A stretch of DNA of 64,000 nt from an uncultured Enterobacteriaceae bacterium (GTDB taxonomy: Bacteria > Pseudomonadota > Gammaproteobacteria > Burkholderiales > SG8-39): contig CAYMVA010000013.1 of assembly GCA_964393745.1 (NCBI GenBank), positions 46,250-110,249 on the forward strand. The letters are read 5' to 3'. Both the position numbers and the translations under genes were made by a program. This document shows, in pieces, positions 10,518 to 19,383 of this stretch (position 1 is the stretch's first letter; every line of letters starts with the position of its first letter). The notes under the pieces were generated by a model that saw only the letters and a list, made by a program, of their open reading frames with translations, had not been told where the DNA came from and did no database searches.

Positions 10518-11412
10518 GCGGCGCTTCCCAGAAGTCGTAGAAGTTGAACCAGTTGTAAGGCGCCAGACGGCAGTAGTGCTCCAGGCGCTCGGCGTAGCGC
10601 GCGATGCAGGGCGCAAGCTGCGCTGCCCGGTCGCCGCGGCGCGCGGGCGCGGCGTCGCAGGCAAAGCGCTCGAAGTGGATCGCGTAGCGATTGCCGCCCA
10701 GGTACAGACCGAAGAACAGCACCACCGGAACGCGAAACAGGACCGGCACCAGCAGCGGTCCTTGCGGAAAGCGCGCCGTGCCGCCGAGAAAGTCGCACGC
10801 GACCGCCTTGTCCTTGTCAAGGACCCGGTCGCCCAGAATGCCGACCGCCTCGCCGCGCTCCAGGCACTCGCGCACCCGCAGCAGCGTGTCCGGACGCCCC
10901 AGCGGAATGACGCGCTCGCGCATGTCAGGGGCGAGCTCACCGGCGATGGATTCGGTGTTGGCGGCGTTTTCCCGGAACATGAGGACGTTGATCGGAAGCT
11001 TGCGCATCCGGATCCCCAGCGCGCGCATCACTTCGAAGCTCCCCAGATGCGCGCCGAGCAGAACGCAGCCACGGCCTTGCGCCATCGCTTGCTCGAACTC
11101 CTCCAGCCCCCGGAACTCGAACTCGAAGCAGTCGTGGCGATCGGTCAGCAGGAAGATGCGGTCGTGCAGCGTCGAGGCGAAGGCGTGGTAGTGGCGAAAC
11201 AGGTCGCGCCAGCCCGCAGGCCGGCCGAGGACACGCTCCAGGTAGGCGCGCGAGCTGCGCCGCGCCTTGGGCGAAAACAGGATGAAGTAAAAGCAGATCG
11301 GGAACAGCAGCAGACGCCCCGCGCCGCGGCCGAGCGCGAGCGAGAGGCGGACCAGCATGCGCATCGCCGCTACGCTGCCGCGCTCGCGCTGCGCCCGCCA
11401 GCCGTTGCTCAT
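10510..11412 (-). CDS. Lysophospholipid/lipid A-type (LpxL-like) acyltransferase
   Basis: 300 aa, with an N-terminal TM and LLGAHLGSFE... in the position of the H(x4)D acyltransferase region. ATGA overlap with the upstream hotdog gene. Confidence 0.65.
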   Translation of the reverse strand: MSNGWRAQRERGSVAAMRMLVRLSLALGRGAGRLLLFPICFYFILFSPKARRSSRAYLERVLGRPAGWRDLFRHYHAFASTLHDRIFLLTDRHDCFEFEFRGLEEFEQAMAQGRGCVLLGAHLGSFEVMRALGIRMRKLPINVLMFRENAANTESIAGELAPDMRERVIPLGRPDTLLRVRECLERGEAVGILGDRVLDKDKAVACDFLGGTARFPQGPLLVPVLFRVPVVLFFGLYLGGNRYAIHFERFACDAAPARRGDRAAQLAPCIARYAERLEHYCRLAPYNWFNFYDFWEAPRA

Positions 11413-11729
11413 GGCGGATTCTTCGGCGAGCGCGCCATCGCCTGCATCGTTCCAGAGGCGATCAGGGTCGTTTCCCGCTTCAGCTGGTACTTGAACGTTG
11501 CTGCGTCGACGCGTTCGATCGTGCACACGAAGGGCTCGCCCGGCCGCAACGGCGCATGGAACCTCGCCAGCGGGATCGCCGCAGGCACAAAATCGCCGCC
11601 CATCGTTTGTCGTGCCGCGCGCAGCACTTCGCACAGGATCAGCGCGCCGGGAACGATCGGGTCCCCCGGGAAATGCCCTGCCAGTGCCGGATGGTTTGCG
11701 GCGACCGCGCCGCGGACTTCGACCGCCAT
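11409..11729 (-). CDS. Small hotdog-fold dehydratase/thioesterase (FabZ-like motif)
   Basis: HPALAGHFPGDPIVPGALI matches the FabZ/FabA active-site His region. TGATG overlap with the ligase stop. A TTG at 11732 is an alternative start. Confidence 0.7.
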   Translation of the reverse strand: MAVEVRGAVAANHPALAGHFPGDPIVPGALILCEVLRAARQTMGGDFVPAAIPLARFHAPLRPGEPFVCTIERVDAATFKYQLKRETTLIASGTMQAMARSPKNPP

Positions 11730-13093
11730 CAATCCTCTACCGCAACGTCGCGGCCGAGCGCCGCCGCCAGCTCGGCGAGCGCCCGCCGCGGAATCTTGCC
11801 GCTGTCGCCGCGCGGCAGCTCGGCGACCAGGTGCAGCGGACGCGGCAGGAATACGGCGTCGATGCGCTGCCGCAGGGCGGCGCGGATCTCCTTGGCCGAG
11901 ACGCCCGGCGCGACCGCGAAGGCGATCAATCGCCCGCCGGCTGGCTCATCGGGCACGAAGAACACTCCATCCTTGACCCCCTCCACCGCGAGCAACGCCG
12001 TCTCGAGCGCCTCGAGCGAAGTACGCTTGCCGGCGATTTTCACCACATCGGCTTTGCGCCCCTGGAGCGTGAAGCGCTCCGCATCGAGCTGCATGACGCG
12101 GTCGAGCACCGGCTGTGGTGCGCGCACGTGGTTGCCCTGCACCCAGAGCGTGCCGTCGCGCTCGCTGAAGCGCAGGCCGGGGACCAGGCGCCAGGTCTCG
12201 TCCTGCGCCGTGCGCCGCATCGCGATCATGCCCGCTTCGCTCGACCCATAGATCTCGTACAACGGCGCCTTCCAGAGACGCTCCACGGCTCGTGCCAGCT
12301 CTGGGGCGAGGGGCATGGTAGAGGAAAGCACGCCCGACACGCCCTGCAGGGCGAGCGATTCGGCGACGCAGGCGCGCAAGTGCAGGGGCGAGGTCATCAG
12401 CCACAGCGGCCGCGGCAGCGCCGCGACTGCGGCGCGCAGGTCGGCGGGCAGCAGGGGACGGCCGGCGTGAACCGCAAGCCCGTTCTGCATCGGCAGCATC
12501 ACCGTCGACTCGAGGCCGAACATGTGCTGCGGCGGGAGAGTGCCGAGGATCGTCGTGCCCGGGGAAAGCGCCAGTTGCTCGCCCAGCGTGCGTGCGCCCG
12601 CGACCAGCGATCCCAGGGTCTTCGGATGCGGCATGTGGCGCCCGGTGCTGCCCGAGGTGAACACGATTGCAGCGATCTGCTCGGCATCGACTTCGAGCGT
12701 GCCGGGCTCTGCGTGCGCGTCCGCTGGCGCGTCGCGATCCTCTACCCGCATCTCTACCCGTATCTCTACCGTATGCAGCTCAGTGGCGATCGCGCCCCGG
12801 TCGCTCAGGCAATACACGTCGGTGAAGTCGCTGCAGACCTCGCGCACCGCCAGCGCAGCACGACTCGGCGGCAGCAGCGTGGTCTGGCCCGCCAGCAGGC
12901 TCGCGGCGTAGCCGAGCATGAATGCGTAGCGCTCCTCGCACAGGTTAAGCACGTGGCGCCGGCGCGGCAGGCGCTCCGCGAGCGCCACCGCAGCCGCGGC
13001 AAAGCGGGAGGCGTAGAGCGGCTCTCCGCCTCGCCAGGCAAGCACGCCTTCGGTCTCGTAACCCGACAGGAGGGGCAGGGTGCGTGCCATCAC
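11729..13093 (-). CDS. AMP-dependent (adenylate-forming) ligase, probable starter-unit:ACP ligase
   Basis: FTSGSTGRHMPHP (A3-type core), YGSSE, and a C-terminal GKIPRRAL motif. The start is GTG 13093 or ATG 13090, both overlapping the upstream stop. Confidence 0.85.
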   Translation of the reverse strand: MMARTLPLLSGYETEGVLAWRGGEPLYASRFAAAAVALAERLPRRRHVLNLCEERYAFMLGYAASLLAGQTTLLPPSRAALAVREVCSDFTDVYCLSDRGAIATELHTVEIRVEMRVEDRDAPADAHAEPGTLEVDAEQIAAIVFTSGSTGRHMPHPKTLGSLVAGARTLGEQLALSPGTTILGTLPPQHMFGLESTVMLPMQNGLAVHAGRPLLPADLRAAVAALPRPLWLMTSPLHLRACVAESLALQGVSGVLSSTMPLAPELARAVERLWKAPLYEIYGSSEAGMIAMRRTAQDETWRLVPGLRFSERDGTLWVQGNHVRAPQPVLDRVMQLDAERFTLQGRKADVVKIAGKRTSLEALETALLAVEGVKDGVFFVPDEPAGGRLIAFAVAPGVSAKEIRAALRQRIDAVFLPRPLHLVAELPRGDSGKIPRRALAELAAALGRDVAVED

Positions 13094-13743
13094 TGGCGCC
13101 GCAGCAGGTCGGCGAGCCGGATGCGGCTCGCCAGCTTCACCGGGGAATCGTGGCGGTAGCGGCGGTAGCGGATGCGGCGGTACACGAACTCACCGAGAAA
13201 AAGCGCACCCACCAGCAGGTAGCTGACGAAGTTGGTGAACCAGGACCACGCCACCCGGTCGCCGCTTGCCGCGAGCCAGGCCGAGATTGCGGCGAGGGCG
13301 ACAAAGAACAGCGTCCAGATCCACGTCAGGCGCCGCGTATAGCTCGCAAGCTCGGCAGTCAGCACGCCGCCCTGCTCGAGCTCGGCGAAGCGGCTGATGA
13401 GCGGGGTGCCGCCCTTGACGAGCGTGCGGCCGAACAGCCAGCACAGCAGAACTGGAATCAGAATCGGAGGCAGGTCGAGCAGCAGGCTGCCGGCATCCGG
13501 CGCTGCGAGCGCGAGGGCCGCCGCGATCAGCGGCAACACCCAGCGCGCAAGCGATCCAATTGGAAGCAACGACGCCAGCACATACCCTGCAAGCGCTGCA
13601 AGCAGGGCGAGTGCTGGCGCTGGCCTTCCGGACACCACTGAGTAGTGCACGGCGAATGGATAAGCGAGCGCCAGCGCGACACCGGCGGCGCGCCACCACC
13701 CCCGGGCGCTGCGCGGCGCGCTACTTGGTGCGGTGCGCGGCAA
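13090..13743 (-). CDS. Cluster-associated integral membrane protein (about 6 TM)
   Basis: 217 aa and hydrophobic throughout. Overlaps the ACP stop by 23 nt. No recognisable catalytic motif. Confidence 0.6.
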   Translation of the reverse strand: MPRTAPSSAPRSARGWWRAAGVALALAYPFAVHYSVVSGRPAPALALLAALAGYVLASLLPIGSLARWVLPLIAAALALAAPDAGSLLLDLPPILIPVLLCWLFGRTLVKGGTPLISRFAELEQGGVLTAELASYTRRLTWIWTLFFVALAAISAWLAASGDRVAWSWFTNFVSYLLVGALFLGEFVYRRIRYRRYRHDSPVKLASRIRLADLLRRQ

Positions 13744-14011
13744 CGTGCGAGGCTAGCGCGCGCAAGGAAGCGAAAATCCGCTCGTTGTCGGGGTCGTCGG
13801 AGCGGATCTGGAAGCCATAGCGCTTGGAGATGGCGACCGCCATTTCGAGGATGTCGATCGAATCCAGGCCCAGTCCCTGGTCGCCGAACAGCGGCGCCAG
13901 CGGATCGAGCTCCCCGGGCGCCGAATCGAGGTTGAGCACCTCCGCGACGAGCGCCGCCAGCTCGAGCTCGATCGCCGGTGCTGCCGGCACAGCGGTCGCT
14001 ATCCTTGTCAT
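13721..14011 (-). CDS. Acyl carrier protein
   Basis: LGLDSIDILE phosphopantetheine-attachment Ser motif. ATG 14011 is preceded by GGAG. A TTG at 14047 is an alternative start. Confidence 0.85.
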   Translation of the reverse strand: MTRIATAVPAAPAIELELAALVAEVLNLDSAPGELDPLAPLFGDQGLGLDSIDILEMAVAISKRYGFQIRSDDPDNERIFASLRALASHVAAHRTK

Positions 14012-14085
14012 GCGGGGCTCCGCTCTCGCGGCATCCGCGATTTCCAAACCTGATTAAATAGTCGCAGAAATTATATGCCACAGGG

Positions 14086-14493
14086 TCAATGCGAGGGTGC
14101 CTGGAGGGGCCCGGATAAGCTTTGCACGCCCTCGTGCAGCAACCGGTCCGGGGCAAGGCTGGCAAGCCCTGCCGCCACCAGGCCGATGAACACCCCGACC
14201 ATGAACCCCTTGTGCGAGCGAACCTTGCCGCGCTTGATCGCCCATATCGCGCAGGCGAGGCAGAGCAGCGTCCACAGGGAAAGCAGGTGCAGCAGAGAGA
14301 ATCCGGCACCGTCCCGGATCTCCACGATCCAGAACGAGGACAGGGCGACCGACGCCATCGCCGCCACCCAGATCCAACCGAGCAGCTTGTGGCTGGGGGT
14401 GCCTTTGCGGCGCAGCAGGACCGCTATGCCGAGCGCAATCGCCGGCAGTGCCGCAGACAGGTGAAGCGCAATCGGCAGGCTGAGCTCTCTCAT
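14086..14493 (-). CDS. Small integral membrane protein (4 TM, DUF2306-like)
   Basis: Hydrophobic ORF directly upstream of, and co-directional with, the ACP gene. The start is uncertain (14493 or 14523). Confidence 0.55.
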   Translation of the reverse strand: MRELSLPIALHLSAALPAIALGIAVLLRRKGTPSHKLLGWIWVAAMASVALSSFWIVEIRDGAGFSLLHLLSLWTLLCLACAIWAIKRGKVRSHKGFMVGVFIGLVAAGLASLAPDRLLHEGVQSLSGPLQAPSH

Positions 14494-14526
14494 GGGGATC
14501 GCGGTTGACGGCTGCGCCGGCAAGTG

Positions 14527-14549
14527 TTATGTTGTCAATGACAACATAA
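14527..14549. promoter_or_regulatory. Perfect 11-1-11 inverted repeat, candidate TetR operator
   Basis: TTATGTTGTCA-A-TGACAACATAA lies between the divergent TetR gene and the membrane-protein/ACP operon. It is AT-rich in a GC-rich genome. Confidence 0.65.
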
Positions 14550-14561
14550 GTCTGAGGGTAA

Positions 14562-15179
14562 ATGTATACGATGTCAACATCAAGCTCGAGGAAGACGCGC
14601 AAAGCCGCCTACCACCATGGCGAACTCAAGGCAGCGCTGTTGACGGCGGCCGGGACTCTCATGGAAAAACAAGGGGTTGAATACCTCAGCCTGCGCGAGG
14701 CGGCGCGCCTTGCGGGGGTGTCGCACAATGCTCCGTACCGCCATTTTCCGGACCGGGAAGCGCTCCTTGCAGCGCTCGCCGCAGAGGGCTTCCGCTTGCT
14801 CGGGAGCGCGCTCGAAGAGGCCGGAAAAAGCGGGCCGCAAGCGCGCGGCGGGGCTTATGTGCGCTTCGCGCTGGAGCATCCGCGGCGCTTCCGGCTGATG
14901 TTCGGCGGCGGCATCCGGCTCGAGGCGCATCCGGCGCTGCGCGAGCACGCGGCGCGCGCCTACGACGACCTGGTGCGGGCGTTCGCCACGATGGGCGATG
15001 CGCGCGGCGCGGAAGTGGCTGCGGCCGCCGCCTGGTCGCTCACGCACGGGCTGGCGAACCTGCTGCTCGATGGCCATTTTCGGCGCGCCACCAACGACGG
15101 ACGCGAGACCCAGGAGTTCGTGCGTGCCGTGCTCGGCGCGATCCGCATCACCCTCGGCGCTCAGCGACCGGCCGCTTAG
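14562..15179 (+). CDS. TetR/AcrR family transcriptional regulator
   Basis: N-terminal HTH (SLREAARLAGVSHNAPYRHFPDREALL). 205 aa. Confidence 0.9.
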   Translation: MYTMSTSSSRKTRKAAYHHGELKAALLTAAGTLMEKQGVEYLSLREAARLAGVSHNAPYRHFPDREALLAALAAEGFRLLGSALEEAGKSGPQARGGAYVRFALEHPRRFRLMFGGGIRLEAHPALREHAARAYDDLVRAFATMGDARGAEVAAAAAWSLTHGLANLLLDGHFRRATNDGRETQEFVRAVLGAIRITLGAQRPAA

Positions 15180-18160
15180 CCGGCAAACGCCGCGGCGCAG
15201 GCCGCAGCATCGCTGGGCTCGGCGTGACAACGCAGCAGGCGGAAAAGCGGGCGGGAGGCGGCGCGCGGGATGCGCTCGGCGTAATAGCCCCACAGCGTGC
15301 GCGCGTGCTGCGGGGCGTTGGCAGCGATATAGCCCGCCATGCCCGCCATAAGCAGATATTCGCGCGCGTCGCTGCCGAGATCGCTCTGCGTGGCGAGCAG
15401 GCCGGAAGCGAGCTCGGCCATGCGGGTCGCATCGCGCAGCGCCACGGCGCGAAACAGCGCCACCCAGCGGCGCTGGAATTCGAGCAGCTCGCCATGGCAC
15501 GGCGCCGCGGCAATGCGCGCCCACACCTCGTCCGCCTCGCGCGGCGACAGGTAGGGATTGATGGTGCGCGCCACGTGTACCAGGCTATGCAGCCAGACGT
15601 CGAGTTCGCGGGGCTGGATGCATTCGAGCAACCGGAATTTGACCAGCTCGAGGTCCTTCTGCAGCAGCGTCCCGGTGCGCTCGGGCTCGGGCGCGCGCGG
15701 CGCGACCAGGAAATCGCGCGCGTAGCGCGCCGCGCGCGTATTCTCGATGCGTTCGAACGCGTAGCCGCCCTGGTGCAACGGGTTCACCGGCCGCAGGCTG
15801 CGCGCCGGCTCGAGCATCTCGAGCACCGGCACGCCCGCATTGAGCAGCGCGACCACGTCGGTGGCGCTGCGCTCCATGAAGCGGTAGCGCGCGGCGTTGA
15901 GGTCGAGCACCGGGTAATAGTCGGAATTCGCGGGCATGCCGTAGCTCGCGAACAGCGGCTCCAGCGTGGCTCGATTGCCGAGGTAACGCGCATCGAGATC
16001 GCCCGCCGTGAGCACATGCACCGTGAACAGCTCCTTGGCGAGCCCCGGTTGCTCGAACACCTTGGCGCCGACGGGTAGCGGGACCGGCGACTCGGAGGCG
16101 ACGATCAGCAGGTCATGGTCGCTCGGCGCGAATACCGCGTAGTGCGGAAACATCTCGCCCAGGGCCCGCATTACGGAGGCGAGCAGCGAGGCGTCGATTT
16201 CGTAGAGCTGGAACCATTGCACCAGCACGCCCCCGGGATTGAGGTGGCTTCGGATGCGGCGGTAGAACTCGCGCGTGAACAGGCTCGAGACGCCGCTCAC
16301 CCAGGGGTTCGAGGGTTCCGAGATCACGATGTCGTAGCGGCGGTTGTGGGTCGAGAAAAAGCTCTTGGCGTCGTCGATCAGGATGGCGCCGCGCGGGTCG
16401 GCGAACGCGGCACTGTTGCGCGGCGCGAAGCCACGTGCGGCCTCTGCCATCGCCGACTCGATCTCCACCGTCTCGACGCGCTCCAGCGCCATGCTCTGCA
16501 GCAGGGTGTGCGTGGTGAGGCCGGTGCCGATGCCGATCACGGCGGCGCTCCGCGCCTCCGGCTTGAGCGCGAGCGGCAGGGCGCCGGTCAGCACCATGGT
16601 GATCTCGTCGCTGCCGCGCTGTCCTTCGCGGTCGAGGTTGATCGAACCGTCGGACTTGCCGTTGGTGCGGATGCTGGTGGCGTCCGGATAGCGCACCAGG
16701 TGCACGGTCGCGGTTTTGCCGTCGCGGTTGTAGAGCACCTTGGCATCGCGCGACGCGGACAGCTCGCCGTAGCGGAAAACGCCCGCAGTCATCTTGTTGG
16801 CGTCCAGCTCGAAGGCAAGAGTCAGTGGCAGGAACAACGCCAGGCAGGCTAGCGCCGCGATTGCGAGCTCGCGCGCCGGCGCGAAGCGCCACAGCAGCAA
16901 GATGCCGAGCATGGCGTCAATCAGCGCACCGCCTGCGAGCGCGCCTTTCAGGCCGAGCAGCGGCAGCCCTACGTGCACCGCGAGCAGCACGCCGGCGATC
17001 GCGCCGAGGGTGTTGGCGGCGTACACCCGCCCGATCGCGCCTTCGCCGGCGCCGCGGCGCAGCAGCGCGCCGGTGATCAGCGGCAGCGTCATCCCGGCGC
17101 AGAAAGTCGCCGGCAGCATGACCAGCGCCGATATGCCCTGGCCGGTGAGGTTGAACAGAAGGTAGCCCGCCTCGGTACGCGCCAGCCCCTTCATCAGGTA
17201 CTCCATCAGCGCGAAGGTCTGGTCGTAGACCGGCAGCGTGGCGAGCGCGCACAGTCCCATCACCACCTGCACCCAGCCGAGCAGCCTCTCGGGATTCGCG
17301 GTTGCGTCCACTCGCCGGCGCACCGCGAGGCCGCCGAGCGCGAGTCCCAGGATGAAAGTCGAGAGCATCAGCTCGAAGGAATGCGTCGAGGCTCCGAGCA
17401 CGAGCGAGAGCATGCGGATCCAGCTGATCTCGTAGACGAACGACGCCAGGCCGGTGAAGAATGCGACCGCGAGCAGCAGCTGCGCCGCCTGCGCCTGCGC
17501 GCGCGGCGCCGACTGCAAGGGCGCGGCGTGCGCCGGTTGCGCCAGCCACCACACGGTTGCGGCGAGCGCGAGGTTGAGCACACCGGCGGTACGCAGCGTG
17601 CCCGGCAACCCGACCCAGGCGATCAGCACGAAGCCGCTCGCCAGCACGCCCAGCGCCGCGCCCAGGCTGTTGCTGAAATAGAGCATCGCCACGGACTCGC
17701 CCGAGGATGCCGGGTAGGCGCGCACCAGCCCGGCGCTCATCAGCGGGAACGTGGCCCCGAGCAGCACCGATTGCGGCAAGATCAGGAGGCAGGAAAGCGC
17801 GAGCTTGGCCGCCAGCGCCGGCCCCTCTGCTCCCAGGCCCGGCAACAGGCCTTCGTACGCCCAGTCGGTCGCGACGACGAACAACTCGTGAAACCCGAGC
17901 GCCAGCGTGCCGATCACGGCCTCCACCAGCGCATAGGCGGCGAGCGGATTGCGCACCCGCGTAGAGAACCGGCCGAGCAGCGCGCTGCCCAATGCCATGC
18001 CGCCCATGAACACCACCAGCACCAGCGATTGAGCGTAGGCGGCGTGGCCGAGAAACAGCTTCAGGTAATGCGTCCAGATCGACTCGTAGATGAGTCCCGC
18101 GAATCCGGACAAGGTGAACAGCGCGTAGTACGCCGCACGCGGCAGAGCGGGCGCAAGCAT
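15176..18160 (-). CDS. Fused polytopic membrane domain / spermidine synthase-like (aminopropyl- or methyltransferase fold) protein with an extra C-terminal domain
   Basis: 994 aa. The first ~450 aa carry many TM helices. The middle has VIGIGTGLTT...DIVISEPSNPWVSG (spermidine-synthase family signature). The last ~270 aa are uncharacterised. Confidence 0.75.
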   Translation of the reverse strand: MLAPALPRAAYYALFTLSGFAGLIYESIWTHYLKLFLGHAAYAQSLVLVVFMGGMALGSALLGRFSTRVRNPLAAYALVEAVIGTLALGFHELFVVATDWAYEGLLPGLGAEGPALAAKLALSCLLILPQSVLLGATFPLMSAGLVRAYPASSGESVAMLYFSNSLGAALGVLASGFVLIAWVGLPGTLRTAGVLNLALAATVWWLAQPAHAAPLQSAPRAQAQAAQLLLAVAFFTGLASFVYEISWIRMLSLVLGASTHSFELMLSTFILGLALGGLAVRRRVDATANPERLLGWVQVVMGLCALATLPVYDQTFALMEYLMKGLARTEAGYLLFNLTGQGISALVMLPATFCAGMTLPLITGALLRRGAGEGAIGRVYAANTLGAIAGVLLAVHVGLPLLGLKGALAGGALIDAMLGILLLWRFAPARELAIAALACLALFLPLTLAFELDANKMTAGVFRYGELSASRDAKVLYNRDGKTATVHLVRYPDATSIRTNGKSDGSINLDREGQRGSDEITMVLTGALPLALKPEARSAAVIGIGTGLTTHTLLQSMALERVETVEIESAMAEAARGFAPRNSAAFADPRGAILIDDAKSFFSTHNRRYDIVISEPSNPWVSGVSSLFTREFYRRIRSHLNPGGVLVQWFQLYEIDASLLASVMRALGEMFPHYAVFAPSDHDLLIVASESPVPLPVGAKVFEQPGLAKELFTVHVLTAGDLDARYLGNRATLEPLFASYGMPANSDYYPVLDLNAARYRFMERSATDVVALLNAGVPVLEMLEPARSLRPVNPLHQGGYAFERIENTRAARYARDFLVAPRAPEPERTGTLLQKDLELVKFRLLECIQPRELDVWLHSLVHVARTINPYLSPREADEVWARIAAAPCHGELLEFQRRWVALFRAVALRDATRMAELASGLLATQSDLGSDAREYLLMAGMAGYIAANAPQHARTLWGYYAERIPRAASRPLFRLLRCHAEPSDAAACAAAFAG

Positions 18161-18221
18161 GGCGGCGCTTTATATCACGCCGCAGCGCGCACTTAAGCGC
18201 CGGTGCTACAGTCGCGCCGGC

Positions 18222-19370
18222 ATGCGACATGCCCCGGCCCGGCTAGCGGCTTACTTCTTCGCCTATTTCGCGTATGCGGGCGCGCTGGTGCCGTACTTCG
18301 CGCTCTGGCTCGCGGCGCAGGAGTTCGCGCCGGCGCAAATTGCCCTGGTGCTGGCGATGCCGCAACTGGCGCGCATTTTCGCACCCGCTTTCTGGGGCTG
18401 GCTCGCCGACGAGTGGGGCGCGCGCTATGCGGGCGCGCGGCGCGCGATCGTCGTGTTCTCCGCGATTGCGGTGCTCGCCGGCTTCGTTTCGCTCTATGCA
18501 ATCGGCAGTTTCGCCGGCGTCGCGCTGGTGATGCTGGCGATGAGCGTGCTCTCGGCGGGGGCGCTGCCGCTGGTGGAGGCGATCACGCTCTCGGCGCTCG
18601 GCGGCGCAGCCGGCCGCTACGGCCCGGTGCGCTTGTGGGGCTCGATCGGATTCATCCTCGCGGTGCTCGGTGTCGGTGCCTGGCTCGATGCGCATTCGCC
18701 GCACAGCGTGCTCGACATCGTGGTCGTGCTCGCTGCCATCACTGTCGTCGTATCGCTCGCTGTGCCGCGCGCCGCTGGCGTGCAGCGCGCGCGCACCGAT
18801 ACGCCGCTAACGGCGGTGCTGCGCCGCCCCGAGGTGCTCGCCTTTTTCGGCGCCTGCTTCTGCATGGCGGTGGCGCACGGCGCGATGTACGTGTTTTACT
18901 CGCTCTATCTCGAGGCCGAGGGCTACTCCAAGACCACGATCGGGGCGCTGTGGACGCTCGGGGTGGTCGCCGAAGTGCTGCTGTTCCTGCGCCTGCCGCA
19001 GCTGATGCGGCGTTTTTCCCTGCGCACGCTGCTGATCGCGAGCTTCGCCTGTGCGGCGCTGCGCTTCCTCGCCATCGGCTGGGGCGTGAGCTCGCTCGCG
19101 GTGCTTGCCGCGGCGCAGTTGCTGCACGCAGCGACGTTCGGCGCCTACCACGCTGCGTCGGTGGCGGCGGTCCACCGCATGTTTGCCGGTGCGCTCGAAG
19201 CGCGCGGCCAGGCGCTTTATTCGAGCCTGTCCTACGGCTTGGGCGGTGCGGCCGGGACGCTGCTCGCCGGCTGGACCTGGGAGGCGTTCGGCGCGGCGCC
19301 GAGTTTTGCCGTGAGTGCGCTGTTTGGTGCTCTTGGCGGCGTGCTTGTGGCCTGGAAAGTAAAAATTTAG
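18222..19370 (+). CDS. MFS transporter (HcaT/PPP-like subfamily)
   Basis: 12-TM-type hydrophobic profile. MRHAPARLAAYFFAYFAYAGALVPYFALWL is typical of the MFS_1_like N-terminus. Confidence 0.75.
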   Translation: MRHAPARLAAYFFAYFAYAGALVPYFALWLAAQEFAPAQIALVLAMPQLARIFAPAFWGWLADEWGARYAGARRAIVVFSAIAVLAGFVSLYAIGSFAGVALVMLAMSVLSAGALPLVEAITLSALGGAAGRYGPVRLWGSIGFILAVLGVGAWLDAHSPHSVLDIVVVLAAITVVVSLAVPRAAGVQRARTDTPLTAVLRRPEVLAFFGACFCMAVAHGAMYVFYSLYLEAEGYSKTTIGALWTLGVVAEVLLFLRLPQLMRRFSLRTLLIASFACAALRFLAIGWGVSSLAVLAAAQLLHAATFGAYHAASVAAVHRMFAGALEARGQALYSSLSYGLGGAAGTLLAGWTWEAFGAAPSFAVSALFGALGGVLVAWKVKI

Positions 19371-19383
19371 GTTAGATTTCTGC

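Noticed and set aside
12736-12775. Three imperfect ~12-nt tandem units (ATC(C/T)CTACCCG(C/T)) inside the adenylate-forming ligase gene, encoding EIRVEMRVEDRD.
   Set aside because: They are in-frame and short, and the indels between units cancel out. This is most simply a small low-complexity insertion in a surface loop. There is no evidence of phase variation, since the units are not homopolymeric or perfectly repeated.
14054-14602. A 182-aa minus-strand ORF spanning the operator region and the small membrane-protein gene in another frame.
   Set aside because: It overlaps a better hydrophobic ORF in a different frame and runs through the AT-rich palindromic promoter region. It has no motifs.
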